From: an uncultured Pseudomonadota bacterium
GTDB taxonomy: Bacteria > Vulcanimicrobiota > Vulcanimicrobiia > Eremiobacterales > Eremiobacteraceae
NCBI GenBank assembly: GCA_963736005.1
Contig: CAVTNB010000002.1
Span: 1-64,000 of the forward strand
Direction of reading: 5' to 3'
DNA: 64,000 nucleotides
The notes under the pieces: generated by a model
What the model saw: only the letters and a program-made list of their open reading frames with translations
The model's database searches: none
What the model was told of the DNA's origin: nothing
Translations under genes and position numbers: made by a program
Part shown: piece by piece, positions 31,184 through 42,022 of the stretch
How the letters are laid out: every line of letters begins with the position of its first letter
How positions within the stretch are numbered: position 1 is the first letter of the stretch

Positions 31184-32249
31184 TCGATAGACCTCGAGCG
31201 TTGCTGCGGCAACCAGTTTCCATGGCCAACGAGCAACTTTCAGACGGTTATGCACTCCCATGGCCGGAAGGCGAACTTGTTGCGTACTCACCCGCTGCCA
31301 GGACGCTTTTGAGATCGAGTCCCGAATCGCCATCGTACAGAAAAGCTCCATCGGCATCCAGGACCTCAGGAATACACCCTTTGCGCGGCGCCACGCAGGC
31401 CTTGCCGAATGACATCGCAAGGATAATTCCGCCGGACGTCAAGATCTCGCGATAGGCAAACACCGCAGCGTCGCAGGCATTCATGAACAACTGAACGTCG
31501 CCGTTTGAAATGAACTCTGGCACGAAGGTGACGTTGTCGTGGCCTGCGATGCGTTCGCGCACGGCCCGTGCAGTCGACTCATCGAACGGTTTGCCCGCAA
31601 TGATGAGGTGCGTTTCGCTGCGCGAGAGCGCAAAGAATCCGTCGAGTAAATCCTCGAAGCCCTTATACGCGCGGACCAAGCCAAAACAGAGCAACGCTAA
31701 AACGCCAGGCGCAAGGCCGAAGTGCCGGCGAGCCGTATCACGATCCATGATGTTAGGATACGCATCCATAAAATGTCCGTGCGGCATGCTCACCATCTTG
31801 TTCGCGTTGCGGACGCGAAACTGGGTGGCGACCGCGCGCGTCGCCCCCTGACAATGGGTCACGATTGCATCCGCCAGCGCTGCTATCGCGGTGGTGAAAG
31901 CGCGCTCGACGCGGGGATAGCGCTCCCAATGAGTGCGCAAGTCGTGCGCCGTCCATACTATTTTCGTGCCGCACAGCTTCAAGTACGCCAATTGTATGAG
32001 GCTAAGGCAGCTCTTGACGATCGTCTTTGGCAGCGTCGTCGCGAGAAAGAAAGGCGCGATCTCCTGCAGATGTACGATGTGCACGTGCCCGCCACGGCGG
32101 ATACGCGAGGCAAACCACAAGCAGCGGTCGGGGATCTGCACGTCAGCGCCTTGCGCGCGAAGCTCCTCCGCGAGCAGGTCCAGATAGGGATTGTAGGGCC
32201 AGCGAAAGAGGAAGGCGCAGCGTAGCCATTGCCGCTGCGGATCAGACAT
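31180..32249 (-). CDS. Glycosyltransferase family 4 (3' end frameshifted, boundary approximate)
   Basis: NPYLDLL, IVWTAHD, PHGHF, FGLVRAYKG, ILTSGGIILAMSFGK. Confidence 0.85.
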
Positions 32250-33208
32250 ATTCACCCCCCTGCAACACCGAACCGCAAGCAACCACGGGGCGTGCTACCA
32301 CCGCATCCTCGACCACCGAGTTGCGCTCGACATGAACGCCCTGCCAAAGAATCGACGATGAGATCGTGCTGCCCTCGTCGATGCGGCAGCCATCGCCTAT
32401 GCAGGTCGGGCCGATCAGCCGCGCGCTGCTCGAAACCTGGGCAGCGCGGCCGGTAAGGACCCCGTCCACGACGTGTCGTCCTTCGCCGTAGCGCAGTTGT
32501 ATGACGCCACGCAAGGCATCGAAGTGAAGGCGTCGATACGACTGTGGCAAGCCCAAGTCGCACCAATACACATCTTGGCGCATGCCGAAAAGGCGACCCT
32601 TCGATGCCGCCATCGATGGAAACAGTTGCGTGCCGAAATCGTACACAATCCCATCGGGAATGCGTTCGAGCACGTGAGGTTCGAGGATATAGACACCCGT
32701 GTTACCCCACGTGCTCTTCTCAGTTCCCTTCGCCGGTTTCTCTTGGAAGAGCTCGATGCGGCCGCGCGCATCCGTGACGGCGACGCCGCAACTGCTCGGA
32801 TCGCTCGTCGGCGCGAGCACGATCGTCACCTCGGCACTTTTTGCCTTATGAAATTCGAGCGCCGCTGGGAGATCTGCCATCACGATGGTGTCGCAGGCCA
32901 CGACCACGAAGGCCGCGTCAAAGTGCGATGCCGCTTTCTTCACGGCTCCTGCGCTACCACTTAACTTCTGCTCGCGTAGATACGCAAGGTGAACGCCGAA
33001 GCGAGATCCATCGCCTGCATACGCTACGATCGCATCGGCGAGGTAATGGACATTCATCGTGATGTCGCGGATAGCTTGGCGTCGAAAGCTGCTCGATGAC
33101 GTGCGCCATGACTGGCCGGTTAAGCAGCGGAACCAGCGGCTTCGGCAGGTTGCGAGTGAGCGGATACAATCGCGTGGACAGTCCGCCCGCCAGGATCATT
33201 GCTTGCAC
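32242..33208 (-). CDS. Sugar-phosphate nucleotidyltransferase (GDP-mannose/GDP-heptose pyrophosphorylase-like), frameshifted near 33070
   Basis: ILAGGLSTRLYPLT...PKPL, FQEKP, NTGVY, YWCDLG, C-terminal hexapeptide repeats. Confidence 0.88.
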
Positions 33209-33279
33209 GAGTGATGCGCCGAGCTCAGAGCAAGAAAAGGGCGCCGAGTCGGCGTCTTTTAGTAGGACCATGTTTAGTC

Positions 33280-33980
33280 CCATGGTCCCTTTATCCTCGA
33301 CCAGATCCTACGATACGCTTCCCGGGTGATAGTCCGCGATGACGACGCCGGTAGGGGCACTGCGCAGCTCGCCGTTATCGACGAGTATGTGTGCGCTGTG
33401 TCGCACGCGCTTGGGCAACTCTCGCGACAGCAGGTCTCCGACGTTGTGGATGCGCTCTTTGCGTGCTGGCAGCACGCCGGCTGCATTTACCTTGTGGCAA
33501 CGGCGGCAGTGCCGCCACAGCATCGCATATGATGAACGACTTGATTCGTGGCACGTGGCTGGAAGGAATGCGTTCCATTCGCGCGATTGCGCTGACCGAC
33601 AACGTTCCACTTATGACCGCTATCAGCAACGATACGCAATACGACCGCATCTTCTCCGACTTGCTCGAAGCGCTGCTGCAAACCGGACGACGTGGTCATT
33701 GCAATTTCGACTTCCGGCAACTCTCCCAACGTCGCTCCGGGCGGTGGCAGTCGCACAACGCCGCAAAGCGCGCGTGATTGCACTGTGCGGCAATAAGATC
33801 AGCCGCCTTTGGACGCAGGCCGATATCGCCGTGACCATTCCAGCCGACCTTGTGGGCCAACAAGAAGATGGGCACATGGTCGTCAACCATGCGGTCGCGC
33901 TCGCATTACGCCGGCGCATCGAACTGAGAGCGCGAGTAAGAGCGTCTGAGTGTTGCTTGCTTCCTAAGAGTATAGGGTAA
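33280..33980 (+). CDS. gmhA: SIS-domain phosphoheptose isomerase (GmhA-like), frameshifted, boundaries approximate
   Basis: CGNGGSAATASH..ND, LTDN..L.TAISND..Y..IF, ISTSGNSPNV, QEDGH. Confidence 0.75.
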
Positions 33981-34744
33981 GACCGCCGTCCACGAAGACG
34001 GTTGATCCAGTCTGATAGCGCGCCGCATCCGAAGCGAGCCAAGCCACCAACGTGCCTATCTCTTCTGGTTGCGCCATCCGATGTAGTGGAATTTTTTCGA
34101 GAAGTTGGTCGCGCAACTTCGGTTTTTCCCAGAGGTTCTCGTTCATCGGTGGTTTGCACCACCCCGGGCGCGACCGCGAGGATCCGCACACCGTGCGGGG
34201 CCGCCTCAAGCGCGGCCGTTTTGGAAAGCATGGAGAGCCCGGCCTTGGCTGCGGCATATGCGCTGAAGCCTTTCCATGGCATCGTTTCATGGACTGACGT
34301 GACGTTGATGATCACGCCGCTGCGCCGCGCAATCATATCGGCGAGTGCTTGTTGCATGCAGTAGAATGCCCCGCACAAATTGACTTCCAGCACGCGCAAC
34401 CAGTCCGAGCGGTTAGCATCCCACACGAGGTTGGGAGGACCATCGATGCCAGCATTGTTGATCAGCACGTCCAGCCCCCCGTAACGGCTTCGGACCATCT
34501 GAAACATCCGCTCAACCGCATCCGCTTGCGAGACGTCCGCCGCAATCGAGAACGAATCCGAACCGAGGTCGCGACATCCTTGCACTACCGCCTCTGCTGC
34601 TTGCGCGTTCGTTACATAGTTCACGGCTACGTCAGCTCCGTTCGTGGCCAAACTCCGTGCGATCGCCGCTCCAATGCCGGTGTTGCCGCCAGTCACGAGC
34701 GCGCGGCGGCCTTTCAGACTGCTGCTGGTTGCATCGGGCGTCAC
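33964..34744 (-). CDS. SDR family oxidoreductase (glucose 1-dehydrogenase-like), frameshifted near 34150
   Basis: VTGGNTGIG, LINNAG, SVHE.MPW, YAAAK, VAPG, TG.TVFVDGG. Confidence 0.88.
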
Positions 34745-35679
34745 GGCGCTAGCCGGACCCGATGACGCAGCATGCTAAAGAACCCGCGCCAATACCAGAA
34801 TGTCCAAAAACGATGATAGGTGGCAAACTCGACTTGCTCAGACGTGGCAAGGCGCAATACGCGCGCTGCTCGCAAGAACGAAGGTGCGACTCCTCGGATG
34901 CCGAGGATCGCGGCTAGCGTACAGGACTTTCGGAAATCCCAGCGAGCGATGTCGGGATAGCGCAAGTACATGTCGGCTGCGCCCTGCCCGTACGTCCACG
35001 CCTGCCGAAGCAAGGCGCTGCGGTCGTTGCGATTTTTGTGAAACAGCACCGCATCGCGTGCATAGGCAATTTCACCTGGGTAGGCGCGTAACAAGCGAAG
35101 CGAAAAGTCAACGTCCTCTGCCGTGGGCATATCTTCCGCCCAGCCACCGATCGCGAGGGCGGCCCCTCGCCGCACCGCCATGTTGAGAGATGGCGCAAAC
35201 GGGAACGGCCTGCGTTCGATGGCGCGCTGGGAATAATTCAATCCCGCCGCGGCGCAGTAACGTTCCTCCGCTGTCTCTGGTTGAAAGACCAGCGTGTTAC
35301 CGACAGCAATCGTCACGTTGGCGTCGTCAAATACGCCGGCGAGGTGCGCGAGCCAGCGACGAGTCGGCAGAGTATCGGCGTCGAGGTACACGATGATGTC
35401 ACCGCGCGCATGCCCTAGGCCGCAATTCCGGGCCGCACCCGCCCCTGGCTTTTTCTCCTGCAAGAACGTCACAGGGAATGATCGGACGATGTCGGGCGTC
35501 TCATCGGTTGAATTGTTGTCAACGACGATGAACTCAAAGTCCCTGCCATCGATCCCGGTCTGGGCGAGCAAGCCGCCAAGTGTGTCAGCGATGGTCGCGG
35601 CACCGTTATAGACCGGCACCACGACACTAACGGAGCTCGCGCTTCTCACTGCAGGCAACGGTCGAGCGCCTCCAGGCAT
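34741..35679 (-). CDS. Glycosyltransferase family 2
   Basis: VSVVVPVYN, VVDNNSTD, AARNCG, YLDAD, AEDVD, Q..TYG.G. Confidence 0.9.
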   Translation of the reverse strand: MPGGARPLPAVRSASSVSVVVPVYNGAATIADTLGGLLAQTGIDGRDFEFIVVDNNSTDETPDIVRSFPVTFLQEKKPGAGAARNCGLGHARGDIIVYLDADTLPTRRWLAHLAGVFDDANVTIAVGNTLVFQPETAEERYCAAAGLNYSQRAIERRPFPFAPSLNMAVRRGAALAIGGWAEDMPTAEDVDFSLRLLRAYPGEIAYARDAVLFHKNRNDRSALLRQAWTYGQGAADMYLRYPDIARWDFRKSCTLAAILGIRGVAPSFLRAARVLRLATSEQVEFATYHRFWTFWYWRGFFSMLRHRVRLAP

Positions 35680-36628
35680 TCATCGTCGTGAAACGCGTTC
35701 TCCCCAATGGAAAATTCAATGCCTCGCACGTGTCCTGCGAGTTGCGCGACTGCTCGAAGAGAACGCGCAGCTTCGCTCCTCTCAGTGGGAACGACGGTTT
35801 GCTGCACGAGCGTGTGAAAAATCTCGTCCGGACCGAGGGGCCGCGAACTCGATAGCGCTTCGGTCCGAGTTTGCGCTGCAGGCGGACGACGTGCGTCGGA
35901 ACTCCATCGCGTTCCGTCCTGCCCGGCCAAATGTCGTGCAATGGACACCTTTCCGCTTTTCGGTCCACGCGGAATAGGCCGGCAACAACCAGAGGTCGCC
36001 AACTTCCGGGAACCACTGGCGCGTGCGCGGGTGCAGGTTCAATGAATGAAGCACGGCAGCAAGGCGGGGTCGACCATCCACGATGCGCAGCAACAGCTTG
36101 TCATCGCCCAGCGTGCGCCAGCCGGCTCGCATGAGGCCCGCGGTCAACGTGCTCTTTCCCCCTCCGCTCGGCGCGCACACGATGATGCAGCAGCCGCCAC
36201 GAGACAGAGCACCGGCATGCAGCGGAATCCAGTCAAGACAGCGCCAGCCTGTAGTGAGCACTAAGACGAGAAAGTCTTCCAGCTCTTCCAGATCGGCAAG
36301 TGAGGTCGGAACGTTCATGTGCCAGCGGTCGACGCTCGCACTCCGCACAAGCGTTAGATCCCCACCCGAACTCGAGGTTGCGATGAGTCCATCGGGGCTG
36401 CGGCAGACCGCCATGCGCGAGCACCGCAAGTACGAGCTGTCGACCATTGGGGTGCATTCGACGGTTTCGTGGACATGAGAGTTCGATGGAACGATGCGGC
36501 GGGTCCCAACGCACATCATACATGCCAAGTGTCGACGACAGCCGTTCCCGCAAGCGAGCGGATTCGCACTGAAGTCGTACATGTAATGGCCCGCAGAAGA
36601 ACTCGAGAACGGAGTGCGCAATGACCAT
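35646..36628 (-). CDS. HPr-kinase-related P-loop kinase, frameshifted
   Basis: PLHAGAL, APSGGGKST, LGDD: the HprK-type LHA / GxGKST / DD signature. Confidence 0.8.
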
Positions 36629-36646
36629 AGCCGCTCTTTGTTCGAA

Positions 36647-37042
36647 TTACTCCGCGAGTGGGATACTCGGGTCAAACGCGCTGATGATAACGCGCTGCAA
36701 CGGCTGCGGCTGCCGTTCGATGTGCGGCTTTTCCCACGGCCCCTCAAACTTCACAGCTGCGCCACGCCCTGTCACGTCGCGTCTTTCCAAGATAGCGTGA
36801 GTCGTGAGTTGACCGATAAACTCGTCGATAGGGGTATCGTCCTGCGAGCCCCATCGTCGGCACTGGTCCTTGACGTCTTGGAGCGCTGTGCCATCTTCCG
36901 CAAGTTGCAAAATCGCCCAGCCCGACGCGTTCACCCGATAAAAATACTTGGATCGAAGATCAAGCAGGACCGCCCCATGCCCGAGCACGGTCGCCACGAC
37001 GTCGGCGCTCATCCCTACATATTCTTTCAATTGCACAGACAT
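36647..37042 (-). CDS. PqqD-family / RiPP recognition element protein with C-terminal extension
   Basis: AVLLDL....YRVNASG.AI..L...G, FI..L....IL; tail GPWEKPHIERQPQPLQRVIISAFDPSIPLAE. Confidence 0.8.
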   Translation of the reverse strand: MSVQLKEYVGMSADVVATVLGHGAVLLDLRSKYFYRVNASGWAILQLAEDGTALQDVKDQCRRWGSQDDTPIDEFIGQLTTHAILERRDVTGRGAAVKFEGPWEKPHIERQPQPLQRVIISAFDPSIPLAE

Positions 37043-37065
37043 TGTTACGAGCCCTTAAAGAGAAT

Positions 37066-37083
37066 GCGGCATCCGGATGCCGC
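37066..37083. promoter_or_regulatory. Perfect 18-bp palindrome GCGGCATCCGGATGCCGC upstream of the RRE gene
   Basis: Seen directly. An extended -10-like TGGTACAAT lies on the minus strand at 37112-37120. Confidence 0.4.
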
Positions 37084-37253
37084 TTCATGAGCCTGAGGAT
37101 TAGCCATTTGCATTGTACCATTGGCCTTGCTGCTCAGGATACGACCTACGCCCTTCCTTGTGAGGCTTTCGGTCCCGCAGGGTGGCGGCGCGCCACGTAA
37201 GGACGCGGGCGATGAAGCCGACTGCACTGTGGAACGTGGCACGCATGAACCCT

Positions 37254-38738
37254 TCAGTTCCTGGGTGCAGCCAATGATCGGCTCGCGGGCGCTGTGCATA
37301 GCGCTCGGTCGTTTCCCGGCCAGCTTCGCTGCGAAAGCAAGTTTCGACCAGTCCCCGAACGACAGCGGATCGCCTCTGGCAGATCTTCTCGGCCTATCAA
37401 CCAGCTCACGTACCGCCGCACTGCTGGTGATTCGGGTTTTTGCATTCTACCGATGCGGGCTGCTAGAGCGAGGGCGCTCGACAAGCGCACGGGTTCCCAG
37501 GACTCCCGGGCACAGAATTCTTCCATTTCCTCAAGAAGTTCTGGCTGACTGCGCAACATCTGCGCAAGCAGGACCACATCCCGAAGTTTGTATACGCCTA
37601 TGGAATGTACGCACAGGTGCAGAGCCGATCCGAATGTATCGAGACAACCGGCTGTGCCCGCAGCTGTTGTTACGGAAGTGATGTGCGATTCAAGTGTGTG
37701 CCAATCCAATATCTGCGACAACCTTCGCGGTGGCGCGAGCGCGAAGTGCAGTTCGACGTTGAGGCCTTTGGTCGGTGGCACAAGCGGCGCGGCATGATGA
37801 TGATACGCAAGATACAGCGAGACATCTTGCTCGCACCCATATTGGTAACCGTGCCGGCGCAGCGCATCGGCACCGGCCGAAATCAAGTCAGCGGGAAGCA
37901 AGATGTCGATATCGGTGCTGGGGTGGAGCTCCATGCCTGGCAATCCAGCGAAAAGACGGGCCGAGCTTTTCAAAAGGGCGAAAGGTAGACCTTCGTTATT
38001 GAAAATGTGAACGATTTCTTCGATCTGCTTTCTGGTGCTGTCGCTCTCGTGCTCGATCCTGAGGGTTGAGGTCTCGAGGCCTCGAGCGAGCGGCTCGTAG
38101 TGGGAGAGATCGACCAACTTCCCGCAGCGCATGCCTTCTAACAAAATGCTCGTACAGCCGTGGCGCAACGCTATCCCGATGAGCGACGAGGCACTGCACG
38201 AGTCGATGGCTGCTCCTAGTGCTACCCAGTCGTCATTGACGATTGCGGTCATCGCATCCAAGAGAGCCTTGAAAGGGAACGACGCCGGATACACGCCTGC
38301 CAACTGCAATGCACCGTGACCCATACTCCGAAGCCGCACGGCAAGGGCCCGCAGCGAATGCGAACGCGCCGCAAGGGCGCTACGCGCGCTAAAATACTTG
38401 GCATTGAGCGGACGCGCAGTCGGTGAATCGTCGCTATAGACGGCGTCCAGCTCGCCAACTATTTGTCGCTCCTTTACGGCAGACACCGCAAGCGGATAAG
38501 CATCTCCGCAGACGATCCAACTCCCATTACGTTTCCCTATGATGCGACGGAGCACCACGTCCCCGCCAAGATCGAGCGCGACGATTGTGTTCTTTGCGGT
38601 GTGCGGATCAAAGGGGGCGAGCGACAGCACCATTGGCTCGCGCAGCAAGGGACACATCGCGCGCCCCCTCACAGCCACGCGCGGCCGCTGCTGCGCGATA
38701 GTCGCGAGCCGAAGCGCCGTGCTTTCGATACTCCCCAT
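37254..38738 (-). CDS. Fusion: degenerate S24/S26 peptidase-like domain + NTP_transf_5-type nucleotidyltransferase
   Basis: N-terminal VRGRAMCPLL..VLRRII..CGDA; C-terminal LLKS...STDIDIL...NVELH...HLCVH...LRD. Confidence 0.75.
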   Translation of the reverse strand: MGSIESTALRLATIAQQRPRVAVRGRAMCPLLREPMVLSLAPFDPHTAKNTIVALDLGGDVVLRRIIGKRNGSWIVCGDAYPLAVSAVKERQIVGELDAVYSDDSPTARPLNAKYFSARSALAARSHSLRALAVRLRSMGHGALQLAGVYPASFPFKALLDAMTAIVNDDWVALGAAIDSCSASSLIGIALRHGCTSILLEGMRCGKLVDLSHYEPLARGLETSTLRIEHESDSTRKQIEEIVHIFNNEGLPFALLKSSARLFAGLPGMELHPSTDIDILLPADLISAGADALRRHGYQYGCEQDVSLYLAYHHHAAPLVPPTKGLNVELHFALAPPRRLSQILDWHTLESHITSVTTAAGTAGCLDTFGSALHLCVHSIGVYKLRDVVLLAQMLRSQPELLEEMEEFCARESWEPVRLSSALALAARIGRMQKPESPAVRRYVSWLIGREDLPEAIRCRSGTGRNLLSQRSWPGNDRALCTAPASRSLAAPRN

Positions 38739-39292
38739 CAAGGGTGCAGCGCGGTTGACACGCGCAGGTCTCCCACGATACCCAAAACGGCGGCGCTCAG
38801 ACTGTCGTCCAGTGCCGGATCGACAAAGTGTGCTTTGCAACCCGCGGCCCGTGCGGCCTCCATGTCTGAAAGCGAGTCCCCGAGGAGGTGACATTCAGCG
38901 AGGTCCAAACCAAAATCGCGTGCTGCTGCCTGCAACATCGCGGTCCCTGGTTTTCGACACGAACAAATAACTTCCGGTGCGTGTGGGCAGCAATACCACG
39001 CGGTGAGGTTGATGCCGTGGGAGCCAAGCGACCAGCGCATGCTCTCCATGATGCCCACCAAACCAGCTTCGTCAAGCATACCCTTCCCGACGCACGCCTG
39101 GTTGGATACAATGATGAGCGGAAAATGGGCAGCTTGCAGCAGCGATAATCCTGCGATGGCATCGCGTCGCCATCGGAACTGCTCCCAGCGCGTGACGTAC
39201 CCGCCTGGGATTTTTTCGTTGATCACGCCATCGCGATCGAGAAAGACGCACCGGTGAAGGACACACCGATCTGACGCTTGCCAACAAATCAT
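38738..39292 (-). CDS. gmhB: D-glycero-D-manno-heptose bisphosphate phosphatase (HAD IIIA)
   Basis: FLDRDGVIN, VSNQ, CPH...CSCRKP, GDS.SD.EAA. Confidence 0.9.
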   Translation of the reverse strand: MICWQASDRCVLHRCVFLDRDGVINEKIPGGYVTRWEQFRWRRDAIAGLSLLQAAHFPLIIVSNQACVGKGMLDEAGLVGIMESMRWSLGSHGINLTAWYCCPHAPEVICSCRKPGTAMLQAAARDFGLDLAECHLLGDSLSDMEAARAAGCKAHFVDPALDDSLSAAVLGIVGDLRVSTALHP

Positions 39293-39445
39293 GAGCGACT
39301 GCTTCTCTAAATGCCACCCGAGTGTTGCTGCTTTCGACTTGGCGGCACGCTGCCGAACAGCCTTAGTACCTTGAGCGGCCGCACCAGGGCCTTGCGTCCC
39401 TATAGCATCACTTGCGCCGCTAGGGTAGGCAGTTTTGAGTGCACC

Positions 39446-40945
39446 TCAGGCGCGCTTTTTGTGCAATTGCGTGGCAACCACGATGAGCACTACCAGCACG
39501 ATCAGGAGCGTTATGTAAGCGTCTTCTCTCCTCAAGGGACGGCCAGGTTCGTCGACGGGCTGTTTCATAATCTCTGGCGCAGGCAATACGAAGTTGGTTG
39601 GGAGCAACATCGGCCGGATTGGCCGTTGCCGGAAATTGAATTCCTCGTACAAGTCCCCGAGTACTGGCTCTCGTTCGCGAACGCTCGGGCGTCGATCCGG
39701 ACGGCCATCCGTTTTTGGATCGAGCCGTTGCGAGCTCAGAAACACGTCTTCAATGAACTTAGCATATGCATCGAAACTGAGTACTTGGTGATCTATAAAG
39801 CCGCGTCTTGCATACGGACTAATGAGCAAGCCAGGAACGCGCGGGCCGTAACCATTGACATCGACGCGAGGTGGTGCAACGTGATCGTAAAAGCCTCCCC
39901 AATCATCCCACGTCAGAAAAATGGCGGTGCTATTCCATTGTGGCCCTTGCATTGCCGCGTTGATAAGGCTCGTGACATACGCTTGTCCATCCTTCACATC
40001 ATAAGGCGGATGTTCGCTGAAACGGCTGTTAGGACAAATCCAGGAAACTGCGGGCAAATGCCCGCTCTTTGCCGCCGCAAAGTAATCTGCAAGTCCGCGA
40101 ATACTTGCTAGCTCATGATCTTCTCTCACGGTTTCAAACCATGGCAAGGGATTCCAAATTGACGGCGTATCCGCTGATTGGGAAACGTGCGGCGTTGCCA
40201 TCGCATCGTCATCTTCTGTGTCGGGTGCGAAGCCGCCAAACACATAGTAAGCCCAGCTCACATGGTTCTTATGAAGCAGAAACGTCAAATCCGTCCACGA
40301 GTACGTCGGCGACGGGTTGTCGCTATTCACGTCGACCGCGTTGCTGCAGGACATGGGATCAGCAGAACCACACTTGGCCGACCACTCAGAGACGAGGAAC
40401 AGGTGCGCCGGTAAGCTCCAGCTTGCGATCGATTCGAACATGTGATCTTGCAGCACAAAATACTTGGCATATGCCCAATAATTGGGAATCTCTCGGCCGT
40501 CGTGATAGCCCATCACATCTTTCCCCGAGCCGCCACACGCCGGATCTAAGATTCTGCGGCAGCGCTTCAACCTGCGTTGGGCCTGCGCAATAAATCCATC
40601 CATCTTGCCGCCGTCGATGTCGGCCAAGGCTGCGTCATGCCCATGGGGACCGCCGTAATTCACAACGCTTGCGTCGTGGAAGGGTGGAGTGCACCCTGTA
40701 TTTTTTGGATCAGGTACACATTGCACGGGCTTGCCGTCTCGAAAGCGGATTCCGTCCGCTCCAGGATACGTTCCGAAATAGCTATCAAACGAACGGTTCT
40801 CTTGGACAATAATAATGATATGTTCTATCCTGCCTGTCGCGCTGTGCACCCCCGCGCCTTGGGCGGCAGAGCTCTCAACGGACCCACATGCAAAGAGTAG
40901 GGTCCCCACGAGAAGAGGTGCGACATATTTCATTCGGCCCCTCAA
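39446..40945 (-). CDS. Phosphoesterase family (phospholipase C/acid phosphatase-like) exported protein with C-terminal TM tail
   Basis: [45 protein letters not shown]...FD. Confidence 0.9.
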   Translation of the reverse strand: MRGRMKYVAPLLVGTLLFACGSVESSAAQGAGVHSATGRIEHIIIIVQENRSFDSYFGTYPGADGIRFRDGKPVQCVPDPKNTGCTPPFHDASVVNYGGPHGHDAALADIDGGKMDGFIAQAQRRLKRCRRILDPACGGSGKDVMGYHDGREIPNYWAYAKYFVLQDHMFESIASWSLPAHLFLVSEWSAKCGSADPMSCSNAVDVNSDNPSPTYSWTDLTFLLHKNHVSWAYYVFGGFAPDTEDDDAMATPHVSQSADTPSIWNPLPWFETVREDHELASIRGLADYFAAAKSGHLPAVSWICPNSRFSEHPPYDVKDGQAYVTSLINAAMQGPQWNSTAIFLTWDDWGGFYDHVAPPRVDVNGYGPRVPGLLISPYARRGFIDHQVLSFDAYAKFIEDVFLSSQRLDPKTDGRPDRRPSVREREPVLGDLYEEFNFRQRPIRPMLLPTNFVLPAPEIMKQPVDEPGRPLRREDAYITLLIVLVVLIVVATQLHKKRA

Positions 40946-41904
40946 CGGTGCTGCTGCGCTAGGAGCGCCTGCGCCGCGGTTGTATCTGGCAGGACGCCAG
41001 TTGAGTAGATGGAGTCCAAACCAAAAAGCGCCACGAGATCGAAGGCCCGTTGCAGATCAGCTCCGCTAACTTCGTCTTTCCACGCACTCACTAAATTTGC
41101 TCCGGTTCGGATGGCGGAAGTCCGGCGCGTTGTGGATGACGGTTTGGCATACGCCATCTGGACGTTGTCACTCATCGGTTGACCAATGAACTCGAAGAGA
41201 CGGGCCATTTCTGCCTGCGGGTGGAGGAGCAGATTTTCATAGAACATGAGGTGCGTGTTGTTTGGCGTGAGCTCGCGCAGCGGCACGTAGTTCTGAATGC
41301 ACCAATTGAGAACGTGCTGGTCCCATTCCGGGCCCGATCGCGCAGCCACCATGCGGTCATAGAATGGTGCAAGCTGATCTTCGATGAGCTCTCGCTGCAG
41401 GAAGTATTCCTGAAAAACGTTCGGCAGTCGCCGTTGGATGGTCGAGTAGGCGACAGCGGCGGGGTGCCGCATGACAAAGATGATTGGTACTTCGGGATGC
41501 CGGTCGCGCAGCCAATGCAACCATAGGTTTGCCCGACATTCCTTGATCAGGCGCTTGTGAAAGACCAGGCGATTATACGGCTGCACCGAGCGATTGTACT
41601 CGTTCGAGCGAATCCAATTCCAAACGCGATGCCCACGCAGCGTGCGCTCAACGGGAACGACGTAGCGCTCTTCGCTGTTTCCTTTACGCAGATACAGCAC
41701 CGGTCGTAAGGCCGGCCATACCGCCGGGCCAAAAGGTTCATGGTAATAGCGGTAACTATGGTCGTGGTTGACCAATTGCGCTAGCCACGTGGTGCCTGAG
41801 CGGCCGCTGCCCGCGATGAACACTGCGTGCTGCGCGCCCAACCGTCGCTCGAATACTGGCAACCAGCCCCAACCTGGGCGGCGTTTCGTCCGTTTCACGC
41901 TCAA
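40942..41904 (-). CDS. Sulfotransferase domain protein
   Basis: [40 protein letters not shown]. Confidence 0.88.
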   Translation of the reverse strand: MSVKRTKRRPGWGWLPVFERRLGAQHAVFIAGSGRSGTTWLAQLVNHDHSYRYYHEPFGPAVWPALRPVLYLRKGNSEERYVVPVERTLRGHRVWNWIRSNEYNRSVQPYNRLVFHKRLIKECRANLWLHWLRDRHPEVPIIFVMRHPAAVAYSTIQRRLPNVFQEYFLQRELIEDQLAPFYDRMVAARSGPEWDQHVLNWCIQNYVPLRELTPNNTHLMFYENLLLHPQAEMARLFEFIGQPMSDNVQMAYAKPSSTTRRTSAIRTGANLVSAWKDEVSGADLQRAFDLVALFGLDSIYSTGVLPDTTAAQALLAQQHR

Positions 41905-42022
41905 CCGTCTTGTACTATAATGGCGAGGCCGTCAAAAAAACTTGACGACTTGGGTATCGTATTTGTAGTTCACCAGCTGATAGCAATCCACTGCTGGGGC
42001 AGCATGCTGATATGATTTCATA

